From NCBI GenBank assembly GCA_002811645.1, contig PDIP01000029.1, positions 32,885-96,884 on the forward strand: 64,000 nt of DNA, in the 5' to 3' direction. Source of the stretch: Corallochytrium limacisporum Hawaii (Eukaryota > Protista > Pluriformea). Position numbers and translations under genes: made by a program. The notes under the pieces were generated by a model. It did not search any database, had not been told where the DNA came from, and saw nothing but the letters and a program-made list of their open reading frames with translations. Positions 11,601 through 23,391 of this stretch are shown here, piece by piece (positions within the stretch are counted from its first letter, which is position 1; every line of letters starts with the position of its first letter).

Positions 11601-11719
11601 AAGAAGAACTGGTCGAACTCACGGCACCGAAGCCTGATGAGGCCAACCTGCCCGAGGAGGAGGACGAACCTGACCCACCGCAGCCATTCACCTATGATTC
11701 CGATGCGGAGAATGCGTAG
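8681..11719 (+). CDS. PSMD1: 26S proteasome regulatory subunit RPN2/PSMD1
   Basis: 1012 aa; N-terminal TSAGGLLALLDE..FWAEISD, FLRDNLEWLGRATNW, PC repeats (LLHVAVSDVNDDVRRAAV), FTQFWFWYP, C-terminal EPDPPQPF (Rpn13-binding type). Confidence 0.98.
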   Translation: MVGVTSAGGLLALLDEPDPKMQSFALQKLEGMVSMFWAEISDAVTKIEALYEDDTFMDRQLAALIASQVYYHLGEYELALEYALASGEKFSVFADSTAGSEYVDTVVRQGVDKYVDYRQKADSSSTHTDEEKAALSKEMGAGVVKDLPEMLEKVVNQIVENHMNKKKYAQAIGVAIESRRIDLLGKILEVAKEKGDLKKAQDYLLSVASDTIDNRDFRRRCLSLLVESYTSVANPDYLAMCHCLISIDDPGHLSTVIGDLIADNDSADKILMAYQMAADVYENASQSFVATVQSLLPERKKLPKEKKPKAEKKPTPAESEKKEGENKEGEEEQKVVEYTTGSATDDEFQVRVNKLHAILTGEVMISLQLEFLYRANNTDMLILKNTKSATPRNPICFTAVVLSHAFMQAGTANDAFLRDNLEWLGRATNWTKFIAASTLGVIHRGNIGQSMSLLEPYLPKGGVSSSPYSEGGGLMALGLIHANMGSGVTQYLMNQLQASNSEVVQHGACFGLGVASLGSGDRDHYDELVKCLYTDSAVAGEAAGIAMGLVMLGSCASDVLDTMLQYAHDTQHEKIIRGLAIGMSLICYGCEEEADEIIAKLLADKDAILRMAGVYSISMAYQGTGHNESIRNLLHVAVSDVNDDVRRAAVTGLGFILSKTPEAVPPLVTLLSESYNAHVRYGSALALGIACAGTGNRDAINLLEPLANDAVDYVRQGALIALAMVCIQCPETQFPKAKQVRSQIEKAISDKHEDVMVKFGAIMAQGILDAGGRNVTLTLHSRSGQSSMPGVIGLHLFTQFWFWYPIANFLSLAFTPTTLIAINHELKMPKLQLKCNTRPSLFAYPPKTQPPKEQKKDKVTRAVLSTFWRTQAAKDRKSGATGPEGDDKAKKDGEKKDGDKKDAMDTDEKKEGEASEEKPKKEPEPTSFELENPSRVLATQLKHVKWTDDRYVPLKALDSLGGVLILKKKDPDMQEELVELTAPKPDEANLPEEEDEPDPPQPFTYDSDAENA

Positions 11720-13969
11720 ATCCCCGTGACGTGATTCTCCATTCGGTTCTGAGTCCGTGCCCACCTGCGTCATGCCCCTTCAGATTGTGCTCCTTCGCAA
11801 GGCAACACAGGACTCAACAGAGAGCAAGATGATGTGCGCGCGTGCGCGCGCTTGCTGTTTATCACTCACCTATGTCATCATATTTGTGAGCATTGCTCAA
11901 AAAAGAAAAGTTGAACAGATTAAAAAACGGATTTCGAAATACATCCACTGTTTCGTAAGGTGGTCAGTTTATGACCCGGTCTTTTCACTTGCAGATTCCC
12001 AGGAAAAGGCTTGGTCTAGTGCGGCTCCTGATACATGGCATCCAGAGAAGATCCCTCGGTAATCCTTTTTCTATTGCGAGCGAAGGTCTCAGACGAGCCA
12101 TCCAAGATGCCAGCTTGACCACGGCGCACATACAGAACGGCAAGTGGGAAGCGGCGCGTGACTTGGGCTTTCTGGCACGAAGGAGAAGACCCCCCCTTCG
12201 CACACACCACCCCGCGCTTCTCTACGTGTCATTCCATGCCAATTATGAGCAGTGTAGTGCCGTCATGATTACACTCCGCGTTCGTTGTGTCGAGGTCACC
12301 AGTTTTCTGTTTTTCGTAAAAGTGCATAACATGCATCTGTCATGGTCATTCTGCATTGATTATGAAGTCAACGGTTCATGGCCAAAACGATGATAAAGGG
12401 ATTATCCGTGGAGATCTCCGATCTTCGGTGGGTCTGCCTACATGTCCACTGTCCGAGGCGAATGCCCGGTCAGTGCAGGCTAATGGATATTCTGTCGTGT
12501 ACGTAAGAGATACCGCACGCCTGTCGAACCCGTATGCCGACTATGCTTGCCTTCACCGGGTGCTGGTGGCGCCGCCGCTTTGAAACTCCCACTGAGCATG
12601 CTGCTGGTGATTGTTGCTGATGACCAGATGCCGCGACTTGCGGTCTCAGCTCCTCGCCTTCCCAACCGGCTTGCCTGCATGCCAAAACGAGCCGCGCGTC
12701 TACCCCTATTGGAAGGGGCGACGAAAGGCGGGAATAGTGAAAGTACTACCGGTTTTCCTACAGCCAGACGTGCGTGCACCGGTCCCAGGGATGGGGTTAT
12801 CCCGTTATGCGCTTGAAGAAAAAAGAGAAGTAAAAGGGCCTGCTCAAAGAAAATAGGCCCCGGTCACCCAGCCGTGGAAAAAGGGGGGGGAGAGCGGCTC
12901 CCTTGGCACGGTCCCGACCCGTGATTTTCGACACTGGATCACTATGGATATCACTTGCGCGCGAGACCTATTCTATGGGCGTTGGGGTCAGTATAATTAT
13001 CATTAAAATTCGACAAAGGCAATGAATATTAACATTGTGGACATGTGTTACCGACGTTTTCATGCACCCATCAAACCGCGCTCTACTCTGGACATCCCGC
13101 GCCCCCCCCGTGCCTTTCTTCGCATTTCTATACTGAATGTATGCAATAGGAGCGCTTGGTCACGAGCACCTCATACCATCAGTCGGGGGAAAGGGACTCA
13201 CAGAGAGAGAGAGAGATGGCCGTGGTTGTGGAAAGGGGGGAAGGGGTTGGTTGTACCGAGGAGATTTGCTCTCTTAAAAAAAAAAATCGCCCGTACTTTT
13301 CACCACACAAAACACACGGCCGGCAAAGACTCGCGGCAAAAAAAAAAGAGGGGAGGGGAGGGGAACACGGCACACACGAGCCAAGCAGCAGCGATGATGG
13401 GTTGTGGTGTGTATAAATATTTTTTATTCACTGAGTGCGAACTGTACCGATGACATTTTACGAAAGAGAAGAATGGGGGATAAAAATTATGAAGCAAATA
13501 GGTCATCGCTTTTTATTACAATTGAAGAGCCAAAAGAGTTGCGGAGAGAGGGGGTGGAGAGAAGGGAAGAGAGATGCAAATTCCCACTCTGTTTGTATGG
13601 GGTCCTTGCTGTCGAAGGCTACTTGTGTGTGTTGAGTAGGATACTTTTACTCTTGCAAGTAACACAGAAGAAAAAATTTGCCCGTTCTCATTGCCAGGTC
13701 CATGCGGGCGAGTTGTTGTTGTGGTTCTGCCTTCCCATTTTCCCCCTTCTGTTTAGTACTAGAACGTGACTTGTAAATACCGAAAAGATTCTCCCTCGCC
13801 ATTCTTGCGGTTTGTCAGGAGGGGCCCTGCCCTTCGATCAGGACCAAATATATATAAAGTACACGGAGCGGTTGGTCATTGCTTGCTGGTGCTTAAGGAA
13901 CGGGAACACGGCCATCCAGTACTCAGTGAGTGTTTGCATGAAGCCGGGTGAGAGCAGGACGACTACCGG

Positions 13970-14060
13970 GGAAAGAAAGAAAGAAAGGGAGAGAGAGAGA
14001 GAGAAAGATGAGGCACAGAGAGACACAGAGAGGGAGAGAGAGAGAAAGTGAGAGAGGTTA
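13970..14060. repeat. (GA)n-rich microsatellite
   Basis: Imperfect GAAA/GA runs visible in the sequence. Confidence 0.8.
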
Positions 14061-15051
14061 AAGAACAAAAAAAAAGGCAAACGTAAGCAACAAATCTTGT
14101 ACCGGCCACACGAGCGAGCGGGCAGTGAGTCCAGGACATCTTGCCTGGCCTCATGTACCGGGATGCCGGGGGCAAACCCCAAGAACACCTCCCTCCCCCC
14201 CCCCAATTCGGCAGGGGTGACCCGGGCTGGGGCAAAGGCCGTTTCACCAAGTATAGGCTTTGGGCCCAGTGTGGTTGCATGTAGCTCACACGACCTCCAA
14301 CAAACTGGGAGGACCAACAATCGAACTGAAAGATCTTTCTTCTCACTCTACAGCAATACTTTCTGTACTGTTTCTGCGGTGTGTAGCGTGGCGTTTCTGC
14401 AAATTTTTCCCGTTCTCCCCGGTCTTGCTTCCATTTTCGTACTACGAATTGATGTGGTACTTTCAGTATGGAATTAGCCGAGGTGGTTTCGCAGGGTTGC
14501 GACTCATTCTCGACTGGCTGCGATTGTTCCGGTTTCGGAGCCCTCAATGTCTGAACGAGTGCAATTCATCGATCGTTAGCATCACGAAGTATGGGTCCAT
14601 GCATCATCTAAACTCCATAAATTCAGTACTGCCGTTACCTACCGGAGCGTATTCCCCGTGACCACTACCATTAATCCCCGGCCAAATACTTAAATCGATC
14701 GATGAGGGCAAGCGCAGGAGACGTTGCTCCCTCGCGGATGGCTGGTCACCTGCAACCTGCCCGGGCGTGATGCGAGGTTCCGCAAAATGAACGGAGATGC
14801 TGCATCGCGATAACTTCCTTTCGCTATTTGGTTCAGCTTCATTACCCAACGCCGGCTTACCGGACCAGGCATATGAGCGTATGAGGAGGGTGGCGTGACG
14901 GGAAAAAAAGAAGGGGAAGCTGAATTCTTTTTCTTTTAATTTTGATTTTGCGGTGCTCACTCCGAACTCTTTTTCGTTGGTGGCTTTTCTCCACTTTTTC
15001 TTTTGGTGCCCAGTCTTAGCTTCTCTCTCAGGCGGGAAGGAGAGGACTGGC

Positions 15052-15151
15052 GAGAGAGAGTGAGTGAGTGAGTGAGAGAGAGAGAGAGAGAGAGAGCCTT
15101 CCGACTCTACACACACACACTCTCTCTCTCTCTCTCTCGCTCTCTCTCTCT
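15052..15151. repeat. Compound microsatellite (GA)n/(GAGT)n ... (CA)n(CT)n in inverted arrangement
   Basis: A GA tract (15052-15095) is followed after about 13 nt by a CA tract and then a CT tract (15109-15151). Confidence 0.85.
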
Positions 15152-17625
15152 GCCACTCCTCCTCACTTGTGGGCTCATATAAGGTACCGACATAAATGTT
15201 GGGCCACAATTTTTTTTCATTGATAGCCGATGTATACTGAGGAAATCGGATAAACTAAACAACTAGCCAAGCACACATACCGACACCGACAGAGAGAGAC
15301 ACACACACAGAGAGAAAGAGAGAAAATAAGTGCGTAAGAAGATCTATGGACCTGGAACCGATCAGCGGTAGTAAGCAAGGTCCAGGCGGGTGGGTGGGTG
15401 CATAAGAAGAATATGCGCGGTAGGGAGAGAAGTGAGAGAAATTTTGGGGAGAGGGGAAGGGTGAGTCACAGAGCGGGGCAAATGACGGACCTGGGAGCAA
15501 GAAACCTACGACGTACGTTAGCCGTAGGTACGTACGCTTTAGATGTATCAGGGGCAGTGTGTTTTGGGTACTGAAGACAGGCAGAGTCTTCTGTTCAAAT
15601 GAAATATATATATATATATCTAAGGAGCCCCGGCAAAAAGACTCTGGGCGTGCGCTACTCTCAGCACAGCCGGGCAGAGAGAAAATTCAAGGACCTGTCA
15701 CACGCACTCCAATCTCCTGCCCATTCGATAAACCCCCTGCCCAAAATAATAAGAAAAAATTTAGAAGGGACAGGTTCAGATCTAGGAGCCGTTGGGCCAC
15801 GTACACAAAGACAGAAGAGACAGAAGAGAACTACACCGCGGCGGTGTGAAGGCGAAGAGAAAAGGCCGCGGGTTTGAGACTCGCCGACTCCCTAATTCCA
15901 GCATTGCCGGTGCCCCGCGCACAGAGGGAGAGAGAGAGAGTGTGTGTGTGTGTGAGGAAGAGGCAGAGAGAAGGGGAGATGGTTTGCGGGCCCCGCGCAC
16001 CGATCGAAAACTACTCTTGTGCCGGGATGGTAGTGGATACATTGAATACCGGCTGATGTTGTTCACCGACTCTGCCGCTCTCTCTCTCTCTCCTTCTGTG
16101 TGTGTGTCTCTCTCTCGCTCCGTCGCTTTTGCTCTCTGTCTACCTTTGCTTGGGCCCTGACTCTCTGCCCATTCGTTTTCTACCGAAGAAAGAGCTCCTC
16201 CTAGCCGGTGCGCCGCTACCTGTAGTGCAGTGATGTATGCTTAATTTTAACTTCTAATCTTTTACTTCTCTGGCGCACTGAAAAATGGGGACAGGAGAGC
16301 AAAGAAAATAAAAATGGGGGAGGAGAAAACCAAAAAAAAAAAAATGAAAGACCCGGGAGGGGGGTGAGAGAGACGCGAGAGAACCAGAATGTATATTCCC
16401 CCCCTCCCAAGAACCAAAAGAAAAAAATAGGAGAATTCATTTATAAAAAGGAATGTGGCATTCAGACACTAAGGGACGGAGCCAAAAGTGCGATACCACA
16501 AAAAAAAACAACAACAACAAGGCAGTAAAAAAAATAACGACAGGGAGCGAGCGAGCGAGATAAGTGTGTGACTTGGGGCCGAAAATGCACGATTAACAAA
16601 AAGAGAGAGAGAGAGAAAAAAAGGGGGCCAGAGCGGGGGGTCGGCAAGTACCCAGCCAGCCCCAAGCGGCGGCGAGGCCCGGGAAAGGGTCCAGAAGAAA
16701 ACCCAACCCCCCCCCCGGGGCGGGCCACACGCAGACACACAACTCTTCTGGCTCTTGACTCTGCCCTTGTCCCTCTGCTCGTTTTTCCTCGGGTGAGATG
16801 GGAGACTGCCCGCGATTTGCCTAGAAAGACAGGGAAAGAAAGAGAGAGAGAGAGAGTGGGTGTGTGTGCAAAGCGAAAAACTGCGGAACAAAAAAAAATA
16901 AGAAGAATAAAAGCCAGGAAAGAATGACGAAAACAGCGCTGAAGGAGGGGGGCAGCCAGAAGGAAAACTATAGAAAAAAATAGAGTGAGACAGAGAGCAC
17001 TCAGCCCCCCAAAGACAAACGTTTCTGACCAAAAAAAAAACCGACAAAAATGCCAAAGCCCAAAAAGAAAATGAAAAATGAAAAAATGAAAAAAAAAAGT
17101 GAGAATGTTACCGAGGAAGAGGGAGGAGGAGAAGGAGAGAGGGTAGGGAAAAGCGGGAGGAAGAAAAGAGAGGGAGGAGGGGGGGGGAGGTCAAGTGTGT
17201 GTATGTGTAATATCTCATTCGTGGCCCCAGGACCGTTAGGGCACAGTACGATTTGTGTTCTGGCCGAGGCAAGTGCAAATTGAATTCCTCTGAACGGTTT
17301 TTAGCTTTGCTTCCCTGAGGACGACCACGGTGTGACTGCCATCTCTTTAACGTTTGTCCCCAGGACGGTTATAGCAGTTGCACAAGATAGACAAGTTGGA
17401 TTGTAATCCATCTGCGAGCGTGCAAGCCCTGATATACAAATTTGGTGGTATATCAGAGTGTTGTCGGTAGGACAGAGCATCTTTGTTTGAGGTCTACTGC
17501 AAACAAACGACAGGTAACAAGTAGAAAGCAATCGCTCTGGTGCCAATGGGACTCTGCAACTAATTCAGCAGACGGACAGGAACTGGGTGGAACACAGAGA
17601 AAGACCAGAGAAAGCAACTATCAAA

Positions 17626-18045
17626 ATGACGACAGCGGGCAACAATTTGTTCCCCGATGACTTACTCAACGGCGAGGCGGACTACAACTTCAAGCAACCA
17701 CAGGCCATGCGCAAAAAGCCGTTGCAGCGGAGCGATGCAACCTTATCACGGCACAGCCTTGCCACTGGCTCCAACACCAGCGTCGGCAGTGGTGGCAGCG
17801 GCAGCAACATGACCAGCAGCTACAGTAGCTACCCTGCGCAGCCGGAGGACATGGGCACGGCAGGCAATATGCCTCGCAAGCGTGCTTTGCAGCGGGATTC
17901 CAGTCTGCTTGCGGCACAGCTGGGTCTTACGGGCAGTTTCAGTCCCTTTACAGAACTGAGCACGACCACGGGTGGTTGGCCTACAACAACACAGCAGCCA
18001 AATGGTGCATCTGGTGTCACTGCTGGCTCATACTCAGCCTATGAA

Positions 18046-18086
<41 letters not shown>

Positions 18087-19413
18087 ACAGATGCCGTTTG
18101 TCCCCAGTGCCAAGGAAGCAGCGGGCCGTACCCACAGTGGGCCTAAGAAGAAAGTCATGCGCCTGCGAAGTCGCTCTGTTGGCCATCGCGGAGAACTGGA
18201 CTTCCCTCCTGAACTTCAACTGGCGATCAACCAGGCCATTACCAGCAACTATCCGCCATCCGGAGGACAAACGCCAGTACAGCAGGGCTCGGCAGCAGGA
18301 TCCACTCATACAACACAGCAGCGGCAGCCTGCCACGCAGCACATGGCCCTGCGCGACACCTCTGGATCGAATACGAGTGAAATCTTCAACCAATTGCTCA
18401 CAGCACAACAAGGACAGCAGCAGTCAGAGACTAGCACGAGCACCACGACTACTGGGGCTTCTGCTACGGGAGCAGCCGGCCAAAGGGAAACTGCAGGCAG
18501 TGACCCTTATTCGACCATTTTCGACCCCGTACTGGCTGACATTTTGCGCAAGAAGGACAGTCAGTTCCAGAAAGCCACAGTCTTTGTGGAGAAGGAGCAG
18601 GGGGCCACAAACAACCAGAGCAGCTTTGAGAGCAACTTCGGTTTGGGAGACCTGAGGTTCACACCGGCCGCCTCCACTGCAGCACAGCCATCTGCTGCCG
18701 CGTCCCTGATGCCTCCGGGACAACAGAGCAGTGGACATGGTCGTACGCCCCTGGGCCGCCGCCGCTCCCGCAGTGTCGAGAATCTTCATTCTAAGGAACA
18801 GGCGCAGACCTTTACATACCCGACTTTCCAAGAAGTTCAGAATGATCTCAGACAACCCATGTCCTACAACGGTGCCGCCAGGGAACGGGTGCGGAGCAAG
18901 AAGAGTCTCGAAGACGAATTCCAGAACATGCGTCTGCACGGTCAGCAGCAGCCATCGTCCAATGAATTCTTCAATTTTGGCATTGGAGGAGGCAGCAGCG
19001 CATCTGCTGCTGAACCCTTTGTTGGTTATGGTCAGGCAGCCCCTGCAGTGCCTCCGCGTAGCTCGAAGCCGCCATACCCATCCTACCAATCCAGCTTCGA
19101 ACGGTCACAGCAGTCCAATCAGAATATTGTGGAAGTGGAAAAGAAGAGCCTGGATGGTGCCATCATGCAGACCTGGGATTTGGGCAGTGGTGCGAACTGG
19201 ATGAACACCAAGCACAAGGTTGCAGCCCCTGGTGAGGGTGCGACCATGACTTTCAACCCCCATAACGTTGGTGCTGGTGCCGCTGCCAAGAAGGCTGCTC
19301 CTCGGGAGGAGAAGGTCTTCCAGTTTGTAGCGGAAGATGGCAAGTCCAAGTCTACAGTCTTGCCACCAAGCTTTACCTATCACAACTTTACACCTGATGA
19401 TTACAAGAAGTAA
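17626..19413 (+). CDS. Q/S/T-rich, largely disordered protein of unknown function (about 595 aa)
   Basis: Long ORF; first ATG at 17626 in AAAATG context; polyQ; repeated RxRSxS motifs; no folded domain recognised. Confidence 0.85.
18049..18090 (+). repeat. CAG/CAA repeat encoding Q14
   Basis: 14 in-frame CAG/CAA codons. Confidence 0.95.
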
Positions 19414-20251
19414 ATGGAATAGTTTATTTGTGACCATCACGATCCATACGCAGTCGTCCGTTTCTTCATCCCTACCCGTTGAAAATGTCTTGATTTGTTC
19501 GCAGAGAAAACGAAAAAGCATCTTCTACGATTGTCGCATCTTACGTTTCACTACGCCAACTGGATTATCCGCGTGCACATGAGTGGATACCCATTTTGAA
19601 GGAGGATCGTTCAACTGCACGATACCTGACAAATCCGGATGCCCCTGGCCACCGATCCGCCCACCTTCCCCGCTCCCCGGGGGGAGCAAAGCAAAGCACA
19701 CACAACTGCACACTCTGTGCTGTCGAAAGTTCGGGAGAAAGAAAAACACACACAATGAATTTTGGGGAGGGAACAAAGCTTTTGAATTTTCTTTTTTTGT
19801 GTGTTTAGGACGGTGTTAAATGACCCCCATGATATATACTTAAAGTACTGAGCGTTGTAATTTCGGGAGGGTCAAGTACTAAATAAACCTGCATGACCAG
19901 TCCGGTATAGTCGGTCAGTACTGAAAGTACCAGACAGCGCCCAGAGGCGATTGGAGGCCCATCCCGGCAGTACTCTGAGGGATGGTTGCAGTAGGCACGG
20001 CGAGTGGCACCTGTGCGGTAGTTGTATCCACCGAGTGGGCAAGTCCAATGTATAGGAACTGTTGCTTTGTATGGGTTGGCTTAGGATATCTCAATGATTA
20101 TAGTTCTTCACTCCTATAGTGATAACACTATGATGGGGAGAGGTAGATCAGGACGCGTGCATAGACCTACTTAAGCCTAAATTGGTTTCAATCATAGCAT
20201 AATCTATCACATCGGGATTTTATCATCTTTGATAACATTAATTTAATCACA

Positions 20252-20587
20252 ATGGTTCAACGGGTTACCTACCGCCGCCGCTCTTCTTACAACACCAAGA
20301 GCAACAAGATCCGCCAGGTCCGCACTCCCGGTGGAAAGCTCGTCGCTCAGTACAAGAAGAAGCTTGCTACCGTCCCCAAGTGCGGTGGCTGCAGTGTTAA
20401 GCTGCAGGGCATCCAGGGATACCGCCCCAAGAAGCTGATGGCTATCTCCAAGACCAAGAAGACTGTCACCCGGGCGTACGGTGGAAACTTGTGCTGCACC
20501 TGCCTGCGCGACAAGGTCATCCGCGCTTTCCTGGTTGAGGAGCAGAAGATTGTCAAGCGTGTCATGCGCCAGCAGGCTCAGGCTTAA
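20252..20587 (+). CDS. RPL34: 60S ribosomal protein eL34
   Basis: [43 protein letters not shown]; strong codon bias. Confidence 0.98.
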   Translation: MVQRVTYRRRSSYNTKSNKIRQVRTPGGKLVAQYKKKLATVPKCGGCSVKLQGIQGYRPKKLMAISKTKKTVTRAYGGNLCCTCLRDKVIRAFLVEEQKIVKRVMRQQAQA

Positions 20588-21122
20588 GTGTTCTTAAGTC
20601 GGTGTTTTTTGAAAATATCACTAATTGCTGTCCATTGCAAAACCGGGCTGAAGACTTTTTTTCAAAAAGCAACAGAGCGCATCTTTGTCGGGATATTCAA
20701 TATGTGTAGCTCAAGAATTCACGACGTTGAATGCGGGAACGCTCACTCTGTTCTTCATGGTCATTGGTTTCTCGTGAGGACAACGCATGCAGAGCATAGC
20801 AAGTGACATCATGTATTAAGCAAACACAAATCTTCATATCAGTAATGTTGGCAGTGATCCTGATCATAGAACCCTCAGGTGTCACAAACAACAACCTTTC
20901 ATCATACCATAACACAAATCTTCTTTTGGCATAGTTTCACGGGCAACTATGAGCAGAAAGTTCATCAATTCTCTCTCTGCTTTGAGTTGTCTGCATGAGT
21001 TTAAATATAAACATTTACATTAAGCATGTTCCGCTTTTAGAAATAAGGTTCTTTTGATTGTTTTTTACGTTTTAAACTTCTCTCGGGTAGTGGCACTGAC
21101 ATGGTACGTGACGAAACCACAA

Positions 21123-21956
21123 TTACGTAGAGCGCTTCTCTAGGCTCTTCCGCATCTCATTGAGCATGTTGCCTCGGCTGTTGTTCTCTGACTTACCCTT
21201 GGCAAGACGGACGTCGTTCATGATGTCTTTGGTCCGTCCAAAGTAGATGATATCTAGCTTGGAACGCATCGTGTTCTCCATCTCTTCAACCATGGTACCC
21301 ATGTTCATTATGTGTGTGGAGGCAGGGCCAAGCTTGAAAGTCTGTTCCTTCTGGCGCATCAAAGAGCCACCAAGTTTCATCTTACCAATGGTGTTGCCAC
21401 CATTTTCCAGCCAGAGCATGACTGTCGATGTCAGCTGGTACGTGCAGTTTCCGCTCGTATCCTCTTCGGCTTGGAAAATGTGCATGGCATCCCAGCATCC
21501 AGCTCCTCCGGTCTTGGCAGTGGAGTCACTCTCCTTTTTGATCAGGATGGCAGCAGCAAAACCATTAACATCGTCATCAAGATCCCAAAGGTATACGCTG
21601 CTCAACCCTCCTTCATAGTACAGCTGAATATAGGTTGCGAACGCGTTGTTGGCAGTGACTTCAAGCTCACGCAGCTTTGCGCTAGGCTTTGCTCCATCAG
21701 CCAGTGGAGGGTTGTATTCATTGGTGTGAGGTGACCGGAAGGAGTCTCCATCGCGGTTGTAGTCACACATCAGAAATTCTTTACCTTCGGCATCCCTACC
21801 AATGCGCGGCGGCTGATCAATTGTGCTCAGCAATTCCTCTGACAAGTCGGGAGCGACAGCAACCAGGTTCACCAAGTTCTCCACCGTGTTCTCAGGAGGC
21901 AAACGACGCATAAGGTCAAGTGCTCCGTCGAGTTGCTGCTCTTCTATATCGGCCAT
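21123..21956 (-). CDS. CAPZB: F-actin capping protein beta subunit
   Basis: ALDLMRRLPP, CDYNRDGDSFRSP, YYEGGLSSVYLWDL, GCWDAMH, YQLTSTVMLWL. Confidence 0.97.
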   Translation of the reverse strand: MADIEEQQLDGALDLMRRLPPENTVENLVNLVAVAPDLSEELLSTIDQPPRIGRDAEGKEFLMCDYNRDGDSFRSPHTNEYNPPLADGAKPSAKLRELEVTANNAFATYIQLYYEGGLSSVYLWDLDDDVNGFAAAILIKKESDSTAKTGGAGCWDAMHIFQAEEDTSGNCTYQLTSTVMLWLENGGNTIGKMKLGGSLMRQKEQTFKLGPASTHIMNMGTMVEEMENTMRSKLDIIYFGRTKDIMNDVRLAKGKSENNSRGNMLNEMRKSLEKRST

Positions 21957-22625
21957 TGCGAAATGAAAACTATCCCCGCTGAGTACTGCTAAAACTATTA
22001 TATCCTATGATTTCACTCTCTGGCGTCCCCCGGATTGGCCGAATTGGATGTCGCTATTTGTTCTGATCCAGCAGGAATTTTCTCGCATGTGCTTCATTTG
22101 TTCATGGTTTATATACGTACATAGTGCCTGAGTTACAGTTTCGAGTACAACTGCCATGTGATGAGTAACAGGTCCAAACGCTGCTCCGACCCCAATGTTT
22201 ATCATGTCCCATTTTCTCCCCTGGTACGTGCCCATCTATTCTCGCAGGGGCTACTATCGGAGGAAAAAGACCGTAGATTCGCTATTGTACAGTACGGCAA
22301 AAAGGGAAAACATTGCGAGTCCATACTCAGAGCCAACACGGCGCAGCGAAAACACAAAGCCGTTAAAAAAATTGTATAGTAGTTTGCGGAGCGGCCAGCG
22401 AAATACTATCTCTGAGGCGTCGCGCCCCTCTCCGCGCTGATTGGCTGGCGGGGTCCCAAGGGGGAGGGGAAGGGTGCTGCGCCGACCTCAGGGCAGTGAG
22501 GGCAAGGAGGCGGTCGACAAAAGTCATTGTAATGTGTAGATCCTTGCATCGGGCTTTGATGCCATACAATCACAGCATCTTTCCCTGAGACTTTATAACA
22601 TCAGTTATTGGCTCTTAGGAACATC

Positions 22626-23391
22626 TTAAAGAAGCCTTCGGGGTGGCACAAGAATGTGACTCACTGGTGGCGGTGATGGATCGTACTTCGTGCGCCGTGC
22701 AATGCCTGTTCCTGGTCCGGGCTTCATTCGTCCCTTCGTGCATGCATTTCCAGTGGTACGGTTTAGGGGATGCTTGGCAGGCACTGAACCGAATTCCTCA
22801 TCATCTTCAGGAAAAGGGACAGTATGTAGAGACTTGCGGCGTCTTTTGTGGTGTGGGCTATGCAGGTCGTCGTCATCAAAGACAACCGACAACGGGTCGT
22901 GAATGTCTTCCTCCTCTTCATCAAAATCCATGGACCAGTCCGCAAAGAAGTAATCATCCTCGACATCACTGAACTTTTTTATCCGCTGGCGCTTGTGCCT
23001 GTACATCGTATATACGTCGCTGGCCCACTGAAGGAGATGACCGAAGTAGTTTTCAGAGTTGCACTGAAAAACTTTGTCATTCTCTTGGAGGTGCGTCTGG
23101 ATTCTGCATTGCATAGTTGAGAGCAAATCGCCCACGCTGGGCGATGAAGAAGACACCACGGTAATATTATCCAAGTCGCTTTGTTGTTTCAAGACTGCTA
23201 GTGCTGTCTCCGGTGCTGATTGCTTGCTATGCGAATCTTTGCCCTGTATAAAGAGTGGGGTTAATCAAAGCTGTCCACGAATTCGATATTTGGGTCATTA
23301 TTCAAAAACTCACTTTTCCTAGTGCTCTTTTCCTGACATCTCTGAGTTTTCCAAATAGGTGGCTTTTCTGCACTCTCTTGTGCTCAAGCAT
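22626..23391 (-). CDS. Hypothetical protein of about 231 aa; 2 exons: 23391-23314 and 23243-22626
   Basis: ATG at 23391 (MLEHKRVQKSHLFGKLRDVRKRALGK), then a 70-nt phase-0 intron (GTGAGT..TTAAC..TACAG) that joins in frame to the 22626-23192 ORF; acidic tract and NLS-like HKRRRK. Confidence 0.6.
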
